NCBI GenBank assembly: GCA_963742735.1
Contig: CAVUMN010000002.1
Coordinates: 73,255-137,254 of the forward strand
Direction of reading: 5' to 3'
Origin: an uncultured Actinomycetes bacterium
GTDB taxonomy: Bacteria > Actinomycetota > UBA4738 > JBBDTT01
DNA length: 64,000 nucleotides
Shown here: positions 10,449-18,466 of the stretch, in pieces
Numbering within the stretch: the stretch's first letter is position 1
How the letters are laid out: every line of letters begins with the position of its first letter
Position numbers and translations under genes: made by a program
Notes under the pieces: model-generated
Told to the model about the DNA's origin: nothing
The model's database searches: none
The model's input: the letters and a program-made list of their open reading frames with translations, nothing else

Positions 10449-13400
10449 ATGAACGAGCTGAGCGCCTCCTCGAGCTCGTCGGTCCCCTGCCCGCGGTGCG
10501 GCCGCGGGAACCGGGACACGGCCAAGTTCTGCAAGGGATGCGGCCTGTCCTTCGCGCCGGAGATCACCTGCGTGAGCTGCGGCAGCAAGCTCGAGGCCGA
10601 CGCCGTCTTCTGCGACGAGTGCGGCACCGCGGTCACGGCCTCCCAGCCGGCGGTGAAGGCCCCGGTCCGCGAGTCGGCTCGACTGCCGGAGACCTTTGGG
10701 GGCGGCCGCTACAAGGTCGTCCGGTTCCTGGGCGAGGGGGGACGCAAGCGGGTCTACCTGGCCGAGGACACCCGGCTGACCCGTGAGGTCGCCGTCAGCG
10801 TCTTCAAGGCCGAGGGGGTGGACGAGACGGCGCTGATTCGCGCCCGGCGCGAGGCCGAGGCGATGGGCAAGCTCGGCGACCATCCCAACATCGTCACGAT
10901 CTACGACTTCGGCGAGGAGGACGGCGGCTTGTTCCTCGTCAGTCAGTACATGTCGGGAGGCGACCTCTCGGGCATGCTCTCCCAGGCCCCGGACCGCCGG
11001 CTGGCGATCGCCGAGGTGGCGCGGATCTCCACGGAGATCGCCCGCGGCCTGGAGCACGCGCACGCGAACGGCGTGATCCACCGCGACCTCAAGCCCCAGA
11101 ACGTGTGGCTGTCCCCGGACGGGACCGCCAAGCTCGGCGACTTCGGCCTGGCCCTCGCCGCCGACCGCTCCCGCCTGACCGTGGACGGGGCGATGGTCGG
11201 GACGGTCGCGTACATGCCGCCCGAGCAGGGTCTGGGCCGGCCGGCCGACGAGCGGTCGGACCTCTACTCCCTGGGCGCGGTGATGTACGAGCTGATCTGT
11301 GGGGTCCCGCCGTTCACCGGCGGGGACGCCGCGGCGATCATCTCCCAGCACGTCAGCACCGTTCCCGTCGGCCCCAGCTGGCACCGCTCCGACCTGCCCA
11401 CCGCGCTCGAGCGGCTGGTGCTGAAGCTCCTGGCGAAGACCCCTGATGAGCGGTTCCAGTCGGCCACCGAGACCCGCGAGGCACTCCAGGCCATCGAGTC
11501 GGCGTCGGGGGTCGCGCCGGCGCCCGCCGAAGGCACGGTCGCCCTCGAGCGTCTGACCGACGGCATCTTCCTTGGCCGGGAGTCCGAGATGAAGGAGCTT
11601 CGGGCGGCGCTCGACGAGTCGATCGCCGGTCGAGGGCACGTAACCCTCATTGCCGGCGACGCCGGGATCGGCAAGACGCGGCTGGCGACGGAGGTCAAGG
11701 CGTACGCCGAGCTCCGGGGCGCCCGGGTGCTCTCCGGCCGCTGTCACGCCGGCGAGGGCGCGCCGCCGTACTGGCCCTGGGTCCAGGTGATCCGCACGTA
11801 CGTCCGCGAGCGCAAGGCCGAGGAGCTCCTGGCCGAGCTCGGCTCCGGCGCCACCGACATCGCCCAGGTCGTCTCCGACGTCCGGGCCTGCCTGCCCGAC
11901 CTCCCCGAGCCGCAGGTCCTGGACCCCGACCAGGCCCGGTTCCGGCTGTTCGACGCCGTCACCACGTTCCTGCGCAACGCCTCGAGCACCGGCCCGCTGG
12001 CGATCTTCATCGAGGACCTGCACCGCGCGGACGAGCCCTCGCGCGAGCTGCTGGACTTCGTATCCCGGGAGCTCGGCGGCGCGCGGATCTTCCTGCTCGG
12101 CACCTATCGCGACACCGAGCTCGGCGAGGACCACGCGCTGAACGAGCTCCACGCCTCACTGTCCCGCGAGCGCAATTACTCGCGCCTGCGCCTCCGGGGC
12201 CTGAACGAGCGCGAGGTCAAGGCGCTCCTGGAGGACGTGTCCCGCCAGACCCTGGAGACCACCCAGGAGCTCGCGCTGGTCGACGCGGTCTTCCGCGAGT
12301 CCGACGGCAACCCGTTCTTCATCGAAGAGATCCTGCGGACGCTGCTCGAGTCGGAGGTCATCTACCTGCGCGAGGGCAAGTGGGTGAGCGACGCGACCCA
12401 CATGAGCGACCTGTCGATCCCGAAGTCCATCCGCGAGCTCGTGGAACAGCGCCTGGCCCGGCTGCCCGAGGAGAGCCGGGAGCTCCTGTCGATCGCGTCG
12501 GTCATCGGCTACGAGTTCGACATGCAGACCCTGGAGACGGTGGCCGGCATCCCCGTGGCCTCGGTGTTCGACCGGGTGCGGGCGGCCGTGGACGCCGCCA
12601 TCGTCTCGCCGGTCCCCGACGAGCCCAACCGGTACCGGTTCGCGTACGGCGCCACGCGCGACGCGCTCTACGAGGAGCTTCCCGAGTCCCGCCGCTTCGA
12701 GCTGCACCGGGCCATCGGCGAGGCCCTCGAGGAGATGTACGACGACCGCATCGAGTCCCACTTGGCCGAGCTGGCCCACCACTTCGCGCTCGCCGCCCCG
12801 CTCGGCCTGGCCGGCAAGGCCGCCGACTACTCGTGGTGGGCCGGCGAGCGAGCCGCCACGCTGGCCGCCCACGAGGAAGCGGTCCTGCACTTCACCCGGA
12901 CCATCCAGCTGTTCGACACCTTGACCGAGGAGGAGCCCACCCGGCGGTGCGAGCTGCTCATCGTCCTCGGCGAGTCGCGGTGGCGGGCCGGGGACGTGCG
13001 GGGGGCGAAGGAGACGTTCCTCAAGGCTGCCGAGGCCGCCGAGAAGCACGCGCTGCGCGACCAGTACGCGCGGGCGGCGCTCGGCTTCGCCGGCGGGCCC
13101 GGCGGGTTCTCCGCCGCCGACAAGCCGGACGACCAGCTGGTCGAGCTGCTGCGCACGGCGCTCCGCGGCCTGTCCGAGCGCGACAGCCTGCTGCGCGTGC
13201 GGCTGCTGGCGCGCCTGTCCCTCGAGATGCGCCTGACCACCGACGCCGTGGAGCCGGACAAGCTCTCCCGCGAGGCGCTGGAGATGGCCGAGCGGCTGGG
13301 CGACGCGCGGATCACGCTGCTGGCGATGTACAGCCGCCAGTGGGCGACGATGGGGCCCGACGGGCTCGAGGACGATCTGACCGCCGGCGAGGAGATCGTC

Positions 13401-14960
13401 CGGCTGGCCCGGGTGGTCGGCGACAAGGAGATGGACTTCCACGGCCATCACCTCCGGATCCACGGGTTCCTCGCCCTGGGCGACATGGTCTCGGTCGACC
13501 GCGAGATCCGCAGCTGCGAGAAGCTGGCCCGCGAGCTGCGCCAGCCGTACTACGAGTGGCACGTGGCGGTGTTCAGGGTGATGCGGGCTCTCATGCAGGG
13601 ACGGTTCGACGAGGCCGGCCGGCTGGCGAGCTCCGCGGCGGCGATCGGTGCGCGAAGCCAGCCGGAGATCGCCACCACCGTGTTCGGCGTGCACGCCCTG
13701 CTCGGGAGCCTCCACACCAACTCGATGGCCGACCTGGTCCCGGGGGGCGAGCTCTTCGCCACGAACTATCCCCACTCGGCGTGGCCCTCGGCCTACGCCT
13801 GGATTCTCACCGAGGTCGGGGAGAACGCCAAGGCCCGCCCGGTGTTCGACGGCGTGGCCCGTGACCGTTTCGCCGGCCTGCGCCGGGACTCGAATTGGCT
13901 GACCGCCATGACGTGCGGCTCCCTGGCGTGTAGCGCCCTCGGCGACGAGGAGGCGGCCGCCGTCATGTACGAGCTGCTCTCGCCCTACGCCGACTACTGC
14001 ACGTCGATCCTGACCGCCGCGGCGTTCGTGGGCTCGATCCATATGTACCTGGGGTTCCTGGCCGAGACCATGCGCCACCTGGACACCGCGATCGACCACT
14101 TCCAGAAGGGCATCGAGGTGAACGAGCGGATCGGCGCGTACCTCCTGGTTCCGCGGACCTACTTCGGTCTGGCGAGGGCCCTGCTCGCCCGGGACGGGGC
14201 CGGCGACCGGGAGCGCGCGTCGCAGGCCATCGAGAAGGGGCTGGATCGAGCCCGCGAGGTGCAGATGCCGGGCGAGGTCGAGCGCCTGCTGGGGCTGAAG
14301 CTCGGCGGGCAGGGGATCACCTCGATCGACACACAGGCGTCGATCTACCTGGTGGCGAAGTCGGTGGAGCAGGCCCGGCCCGACCTCACCCGCGCCGTCG
14401 CGCCGGACGGGACCGTGACGATCATGTTCTCCGACATCGAGGACTCAACGGTTCTCACCGAGCGGCTCGGAGACCGGCAGTGGCTGGAACTCCTGGAGGG
14501 GCACAACCAGATCATCCGCGAGAACTGCGCGAAGCATGACGGCTACACGGTCAAGTCGCAGGGCGACGGCTTCATGCTCGCCTTCGCCAGCGCCCGCAAG
14601 GCCATCCACTGTGCGATCGACGTGCAGCGGGCGATGGCGGAGCACCGCGGTGCGCACCCCGAGGCGCCCCTCAAGGTCCGCATCGGGCTGCACACCGGCG
14701 AAACGCTTCGCTCCGAGGAGGACTTCTTCGGCAAGAACGTTATCCTCGCCGCTCGGATAGCCGCCCAGGCGACCGGGGACCAGATCCTGGTGTCGTGGCT
14801 GCTCCGCGAGCTCGTGTCGAGCACCGGTGAGTTCGGGTTCGGCAACGAACGCGAGCTGGAGCTGAAGGGCCTCTCCGGCAGCTATCGAGTCTTCGAGGTC
14901 CAGTGGGATGGCGCTACCGCGCCGGGAGCCGCACCTGCAGTGAGCTCACCTCGATCCTGA
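10449..14960 (+). CDS. multidomain signalling protein: double zinc ribbon - Ser/Thr protein kinase - STAND/AAA ATPase - TPR-like helical repeats - class III adenylate/guanylate cyclase
   Basis: 1503-aa ORF. Zinc ribbons: CPRCG..FCKGCG and CVSCG..FCDECG. Kinase: HRDLKPQNVW, DFGLA, YMPPEQ. ATPase: Walker A GDAGIGKTRLA and Walker B-like LAIFIEDLHRADEPS. Cyclase: TIMFSDIEDST...KSQGDGFMLAF...RIGLHTGE...GKNVILAARI. Confidence 0.9.
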   Translation: MNELSASSSSSVPCPRCGRGNRDTAKFCKGCGLSFAPEITCVSCGSKLEADAVFCDECGTAVTASQPAVKAPVRESARLPETFGGGRYKVVRFLGEGGRKRVYLAEDTRLTREVAVSVFKAEGVDETALIRARREAEAMGKLGDHPNIVTIYDFGEEDGGLFLVSQYMSGGDLSGMLSQAPDRRLAIAEVARISTEIARGLEHAHANGVIHRDLKPQNVWLSPDGTAKLGDFGLALAADRSRLTVDGAMVGTVAYMPPEQGLGRPADERSDLYSLGAVMYELICGVPPFTGGDAAAIISQHVSTVPVGPSWHRSDLPTALERLVLKLLAKTPDERFQSATETREALQAIESASGVAPAPAEGTVALERLTDGIFLGRESEMKELRAALDESIAGRGHVTLIAGDAGIGKTRLATEVKAYAELRGARVLSGRCHAGEGAPPYWPWVQVIRTYVRERKAEELLAELGSGATDIAQVVSDVRACLPDLPEPQVLDPDQARFRLFDAVTTFLRNASSTGPLAIFIEDLHRADEPSRELLDFVSRELGGARIFLLGTYRDTELGEDHALNELHASLSRERNYSRLRLRGLNEREVKALLEDVSRQTLETTQELALVDAVFRESDGNPFFIEEILRTLLESEVIYLREGKWVSDATHMSDLSIPKSIRELVEQRLARLPEESRELLSIASVIGYEFDMQTLETVAGIPVASVFDRVRAAVDAAIVSPVPDEPNRYRFAYGATRDALYEELPESRRFELHRAIGEALEEMYDDRIESHLAELAHHFALAAPLGLAGKAADYSWWAGERAATLAAHEEAVLHFTRTIQLFDTLTEEEPTRRCELLIVLGESRWRAGDVRGAKETFLKAAEAAEKHALRDQYARAALGFAGGPGGFSAADKPDDQLVELLRTALRGLSERDSLLRVRLLARLSLEMRLTTDAVEPDKLSREALEMAERLGDARITLLAMYSRQWATMGPDGLEDDLTAGEEIVRLARVVGDKEMDFHGHHLRIHGFLALGDMVSVDREIRSCEKLARELRQPYYEWHVAVFRVMRALMQGRFDEAGRLASSAAAIGARSQPEIATTVFGVHALLGSLHTNSMADLVPGGELFATNYPHSAWPSAYAWILTEVGENAKARPVFDGVARDRFAGLRRDSNWLTAMTCGSLACSALGDEEAAAVMYELLSPYADYCTSILTAAAFVGSIHMYLGFLAETMRHLDTAIDHFQKGIEVNERIGAYLLVPRTYFGLARALLARDGAGDRERASQAIEKGLDRAREVQMPGEVERLLGLKLGGQGITSIDTQASIYLVAKSVEQARPDLTRAVAPDGTVTIMFSDIEDSTVLTERLGDRQWLELLEGHNQIIRENCAKHDGYTVKSQGDGFMLAFASARKAIHCAIDVQRAMAEHRGAHPEAPLKVRIGLHTGETLRSEEDFFGKNVILAARIAAQATGDQILVSWLLRELVSSTGEFGFGNERELELKGLSGSYRVFEVQWDGATAPGAAPAVSSPRS

Positions 14961-16722
14961 ACCAGCCGTTCGACGGGCGCGCGTAGGGCGCGTCCGCGCC
15001 GACGAGCTCGAGCACGGCCGAGTTACCTTTCGCGAAGCGCCAGGCTCCGGGGTGCAGCCACCACGCGTTCGGACCATTCGCCGGGCGGTACGTACCCCGC
15101 GCGACCAAACGCTGCGACCCACCTCCCGGGGCGACGTCCCACAGGCGCGCGACGAGCTGGGCGTGCTCGGCCGGGACGCCGGTGACCGTCAGGTCGGCGG
15201 TGAGCCGTGGCGCACCGATCAGCGTCCACGCCGGGGCGCCCTCCTCCTTGATCACGTAGCGCGCGGTGCCGGGGGCGGTCTCGGCCGGCGTCTCGGCACA
15301 GACCGTCCCGGTCGCGGGGTCGATGGCCAGGGCCACGCGGGGGTCGCCGCTCCCCGAGACGACCGTCCGGGACCCGGTCGTCGCGAACACCACCTGCCGG
15401 CGGGCCAGGGCCGCGAACGTCGGGGCGACGTACGGCCCGAGGCTGGGCTCCGTCGCCGGACAGGTGACCACATAGGCCGTCACCCCCAGCCGCGGCGAGC
15501 CCTCGCCCTTCAGGTAGCGGTCGAACCAGCCGTGGATCCGCGCCAGCAGCTCGGCCCGCTCAACCGGCTTCTGCGCCGAGCGCTGGTGGCCGAAGTCGCC
15601 GAAGAAGAGCGACAGCGGCACCTTTGGATACATCCGGCGCATGCGGTTCGCGAAGCGCAGGGCCTCGTCCACCGGGAACAGGTCGTCGGTGAAGCCCGAG
15701 GCGATGAAGAGCGGGGGTGGGGGGCGGCTCGGGTCGATGAAGTACGCGGAGTGGTAGTCGCGTGCCACGCGAACGATGTCCGTCGCGACGGGGTCGGTGT
15801 ACGGCTCGCCCAGGTCGATGCGCGCCACCGACCGCTGGATCTCGGCCTCCGGGTCGGTCCCCGGCAGGGCCAGGAAGCCCATCGGGCGGCCCGGGATGAA
15901 CGGCTCGCCCACCGGCTGGCCGGGACCGATCGCGTTCTGGGCCGCGAGGAGGATCCCGTTCACGAACGATCCCTTCGGCACACCGATCGGGGAGTGGGCG
16001 ACGGCGGCGCCGGTGACGCCGGTCGGTGAGACGCGCCCGTTCGGGGCGGCGGCGGTGACCAGGTCGCTCCACGGGATCACCGGCGCGGCCGCCGCGATCC
16101 GTAGGGGCCGGCCCGCCGGGCTCCGCCACGGGACCAGGCGGCCGTCCGGCAGCATGACCCGGTCCCGCAACGCGGCCAGCATCAGCGTCTGCCCGCCGCC
16201 GTAGGAGTCGGCGGTCACGCCGATCCGGCCCGCGGCGGCCACGCCCTCGTCCACCAGGCGGCCGATCAGGTGCTGCGCGTCCCGCACCTCGTAGCGGACG
16301 TCCGCCAGGTGGAGGTACCCGCCCAGGCAGGCCTCGGGGCTCGCCGCGCGCGACTCGGGCGTGCCGCACGACCCCCACAGCCCGCGCGCGGTGAACGTGA
16401 GGACCGCGTATCCCTCCCGGGCCCACGCGTAGGCGTTGTCGGTGTACGCGGTGGAGGCCGGGTCCAGGTACTCGTGCTTCGAGTTGCCGAAGCCGTTGAG
16501 CTCGACGACCAGGGGAAGGTCGCGGGCGCCCTCGGCGGGCAGCGTCACGGTCGTGTCGAGGGGCACGCCGTCCCACGTCTCGGCCAGCCCCGAGCACAGG
16601 TACACGCCCTCCGCCGGCCCGCAGTCGGTCAGCCCCAGCGGGGGTGCGGACGCGGTGGCGGTGCCGGCCGGCATCCCCAGCACGAGCGAGACGGCCAGCG
16701 CGAGTGGGCGGGCTCGACGCAA
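14914..16722 (-). CDS. secreted CocE/NonD-type alpha/beta hydrolase (Xaa-Pro dipeptidyl-peptidase-like)
   Basis: ORF 14914..17061. Nucleophile elbow GVTADSYGGGQT. A TTG at 16722 gives the signal peptide MRRARPLALAVSLVLGMPAGTATASA. The alternative ATG at 16674 would remove it, so the start is uncertain. Confidence 0.7.
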   Translation of the reverse strand: MRRARPLALAVSLVLGMPAGTATASAPPLGLTDCGPAEGVYLCSGLAETWDGVPLDTTVTLPAEGARDLPLVVELNGFGNSKHEYLDPASTAYTDNAYAWAREGYAVLTFTARGLWGSCGTPESRAASPEACLGGYLHLADVRYEVRDAQHLIGRLVDEGVAAAGRIGVTADSYGGGQTLMLAALRDRVMLPDGRLVPWRSPAGRPLRIAAAAPVIPWSDLVTAAAPNGRVSPTGVTGAAVAHSPIGVPKGSFVNGILLAAQNAIGPGQPVGEPFIPGRPMGFLALPGTDPEAEIQRSVARIDLGEPYTDPVATDIVRVARDYHSAYFIDPSRPPPPLFIASGFTDDLFPVDEALRFANRMRRMYPKVPLSLFFGDFGHQRSAQKPVERAELLARIHGWFDRYLKGEGSPRLGVTAYVVTCPATEPSLGPYVAPTFAALARRQVVFATTGSRTVVSGSGDPRVALAIDPATGTVCAETPAETAPGTARYVIKEEGAPAWTLIGAPRLTADLTVTGVPAEHAQLVARLWDVAPGGGSQRLVARGTYRPANGPNAWWLHPGAWRFAKGNSAVLELVGADAPYARPSNGWFRIEVSSLQVRLPAR

Positions 16723-16858
16723 GGAGAGGATTGTGACGCGTTGGCGGGGGTTGCGGAAATGGGCACCTTGACCGGCGTTCGCCCCAGTGATTGGGTAATC
16801 GTCAGATTTGTCCAACTGAGCTGGACTGCGCTCCGCGGTCCCGAGGGGAGAAGGCACC

Positions 16859-18400
16859 ATGCGTGCTCGGTCGATCGCTCTGCTCAGCATCCTGACCATT
16901 GTCGCAAGCATGTTCGGCATCACCACGGCGACGGCCGGCGGGCCGATCACGATCATGGTCGACGACGACGGCATGGCCGTCCCGGGGAACTGTGGGTCCA
17001 CGACGGTGACCCACGACACCATCCAGGAAGCGGTGGACGCGGCGCTGGCCGGGGACACCATCAGCGTCTGCCCGGGGGACTACCCCGACCCGGTCAACGT
17101 GGACAAGACCCTGGAGATCCTGGGTGCCCAGGCCGGGGTCGACGCCCGCACCCGGCCGGGGACGCTCTCCTTGGAATCCGCCGTGGGGCCGGAAGGTGAG
17201 AGCTTGCTGGGATTCTTCGTCACGGCCCCGAACGTGGTCATCTCCGGGTTCATGTTCATCGGCTGGTCCGACGCCGTCAGGAGCACCTCGGAGGCCGCGA
17301 GCCTCCGGGTCCTCGACAGCATCTTCTCCGAGAACTTCGCCGGTCTCCGGATCCAGTCGAACAACAGCCTGGCCCGTCGGAACCTGTTCGCCGACAACTT
17401 CGTCGGCATCCTGATGTTGGGCGGGACGAAGGCCCTCTTCACGCTGAACGACTTCCTGGGCAACGACGTCGGGATCGACCTCGAGGGGGACACGGACGAC
17501 TTCACCGGTCAGGGAGAGCCGCCTCCCATCAATCCCTTCCCGACGGACGTCCGGATCCTGCGGAACGAATTCCTGGGCCCCGATCTGGGTCCCGGCGAGG
17601 TGGGGACCAACACCATCTCGCAGACCGTGGGGATCGAGGCCTCGAGCACGACCGGCCTGATCATCACGGAGAACACCATCTCCGAGGTCCTGATCGGGAT
17701 ATGGCTCGCCGGAGGCACCGACGCGACGACCGTCGAGCTGAACGACGTGAGCGCATTCGATGTGGACCTCCTCCTCGATGACGGCGGGCAGATCAGCACC
17801 ACCGACGTCTGCTGTGCGCCGAACTCGAACGTGACGGTCAAGTCCAATCGCCTCACGAACAGCGGCTCGGGCATCGCGATCTTCTCCCTGACCGGGTCCA
17901 TGGTCGTGTCCCGCAACACCATCACGGGGAACAACGGCGGGATCTTCAACGACTCCGGCGCCCAGGTGAACGCGGCCGAGAACTGGTGGGGCGCCGCCTC
18001 CGGCCCCTCGGACTGGTCCACGGGGACCGGCGACCCGGTGTCGCCGGACGTTCGGTTCTTCCCGTGGTCCACGAACGCGACGTTCACGGCGTTCTCCAAG
18101 TGCAAGAACACGCCGACGGCCGCGAACCAGACCATCAACGGGACCACCGGCAACGACATCCTGTGCGGCGGCGGCGGTCAGGACACCATCGACGGCAAGG
18201 CGGGTAACGACCTCATCCTGGGCGACGCCGGTAGCGACATCCTGATGGGTGCGCTGGGCGCCGACGCCATTCTGGGCGGCCAGGGAGACGACACCCTCAA
18301 CGGCAACGCCGGGTTCGATCACCTGCAGGGACAGTCCAACTCCGACTCGTGTCTGGTCGGGGTGGACGGAGGACAGACGGCCACCTGCGAAGGACCCTGA
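16859..18400 (+). CDS. secreted parallel beta-helix repeat protein with C-terminal RTX (GGxGxD) calcium-binding repeats, paralog A
   Basis: 513-aa ORF. Signal peptide MRARSIALLSILTIVASMFGITTATAGG. PbH1-like N..x.N..GI repeats, the NAAENWWG motif, and seven nonapeptides GTTGNDILC GGGGQDTID GKAGNDLIL GDAGSDILM ... Confidence 0.85.
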   Translation: MRARSIALLSILTIVASMFGITTATAGGPITIMVDDDGMAVPGNCGSTTVTHDTIQEAVDAALAGDTISVCPGDYPDPVNVDKTLEILGAQAGVDARTRPGTLSLESAVGPEGESLLGFFVTAPNVVISGFMFIGWSDAVRSTSEAASLRVLDSIFSENFAGLRIQSNNSLARRNLFADNFVGILMLGGTKALFTLNDFLGNDVGIDLEGDTDDFTGQGEPPPINPFPTDVRILRNEFLGPDLGPGEVGTNTISQTVGIEASSTTGLIITENTISEVLIGIWLAGGTDATTVELNDVSAFDVDLLLDDGGQISTTDVCCAPNSNVTVKSNRLTNSGSGIAIFSLTGSMVVSRNTITGNNGGIFNDSGAQVNAAENWWGAASGPSDWSTGTGDPVSPDVRFFPWSTNATFTAFSKCKNTPTAANQTINGTTGNDILCGGGGQDTIDGKAGNDLILGDAGSDILMGALGADAILGGQGDDTLNGNAGFDHLQGQSNSDSCLVGVDGGQTATCEGP

Positions 18401-18466
18401 GCAACTGTGGCATTGTTCCGCACACACGAACGGGCGCCGGCTGGGGGCCCAGAAGGAGGAAGAACG

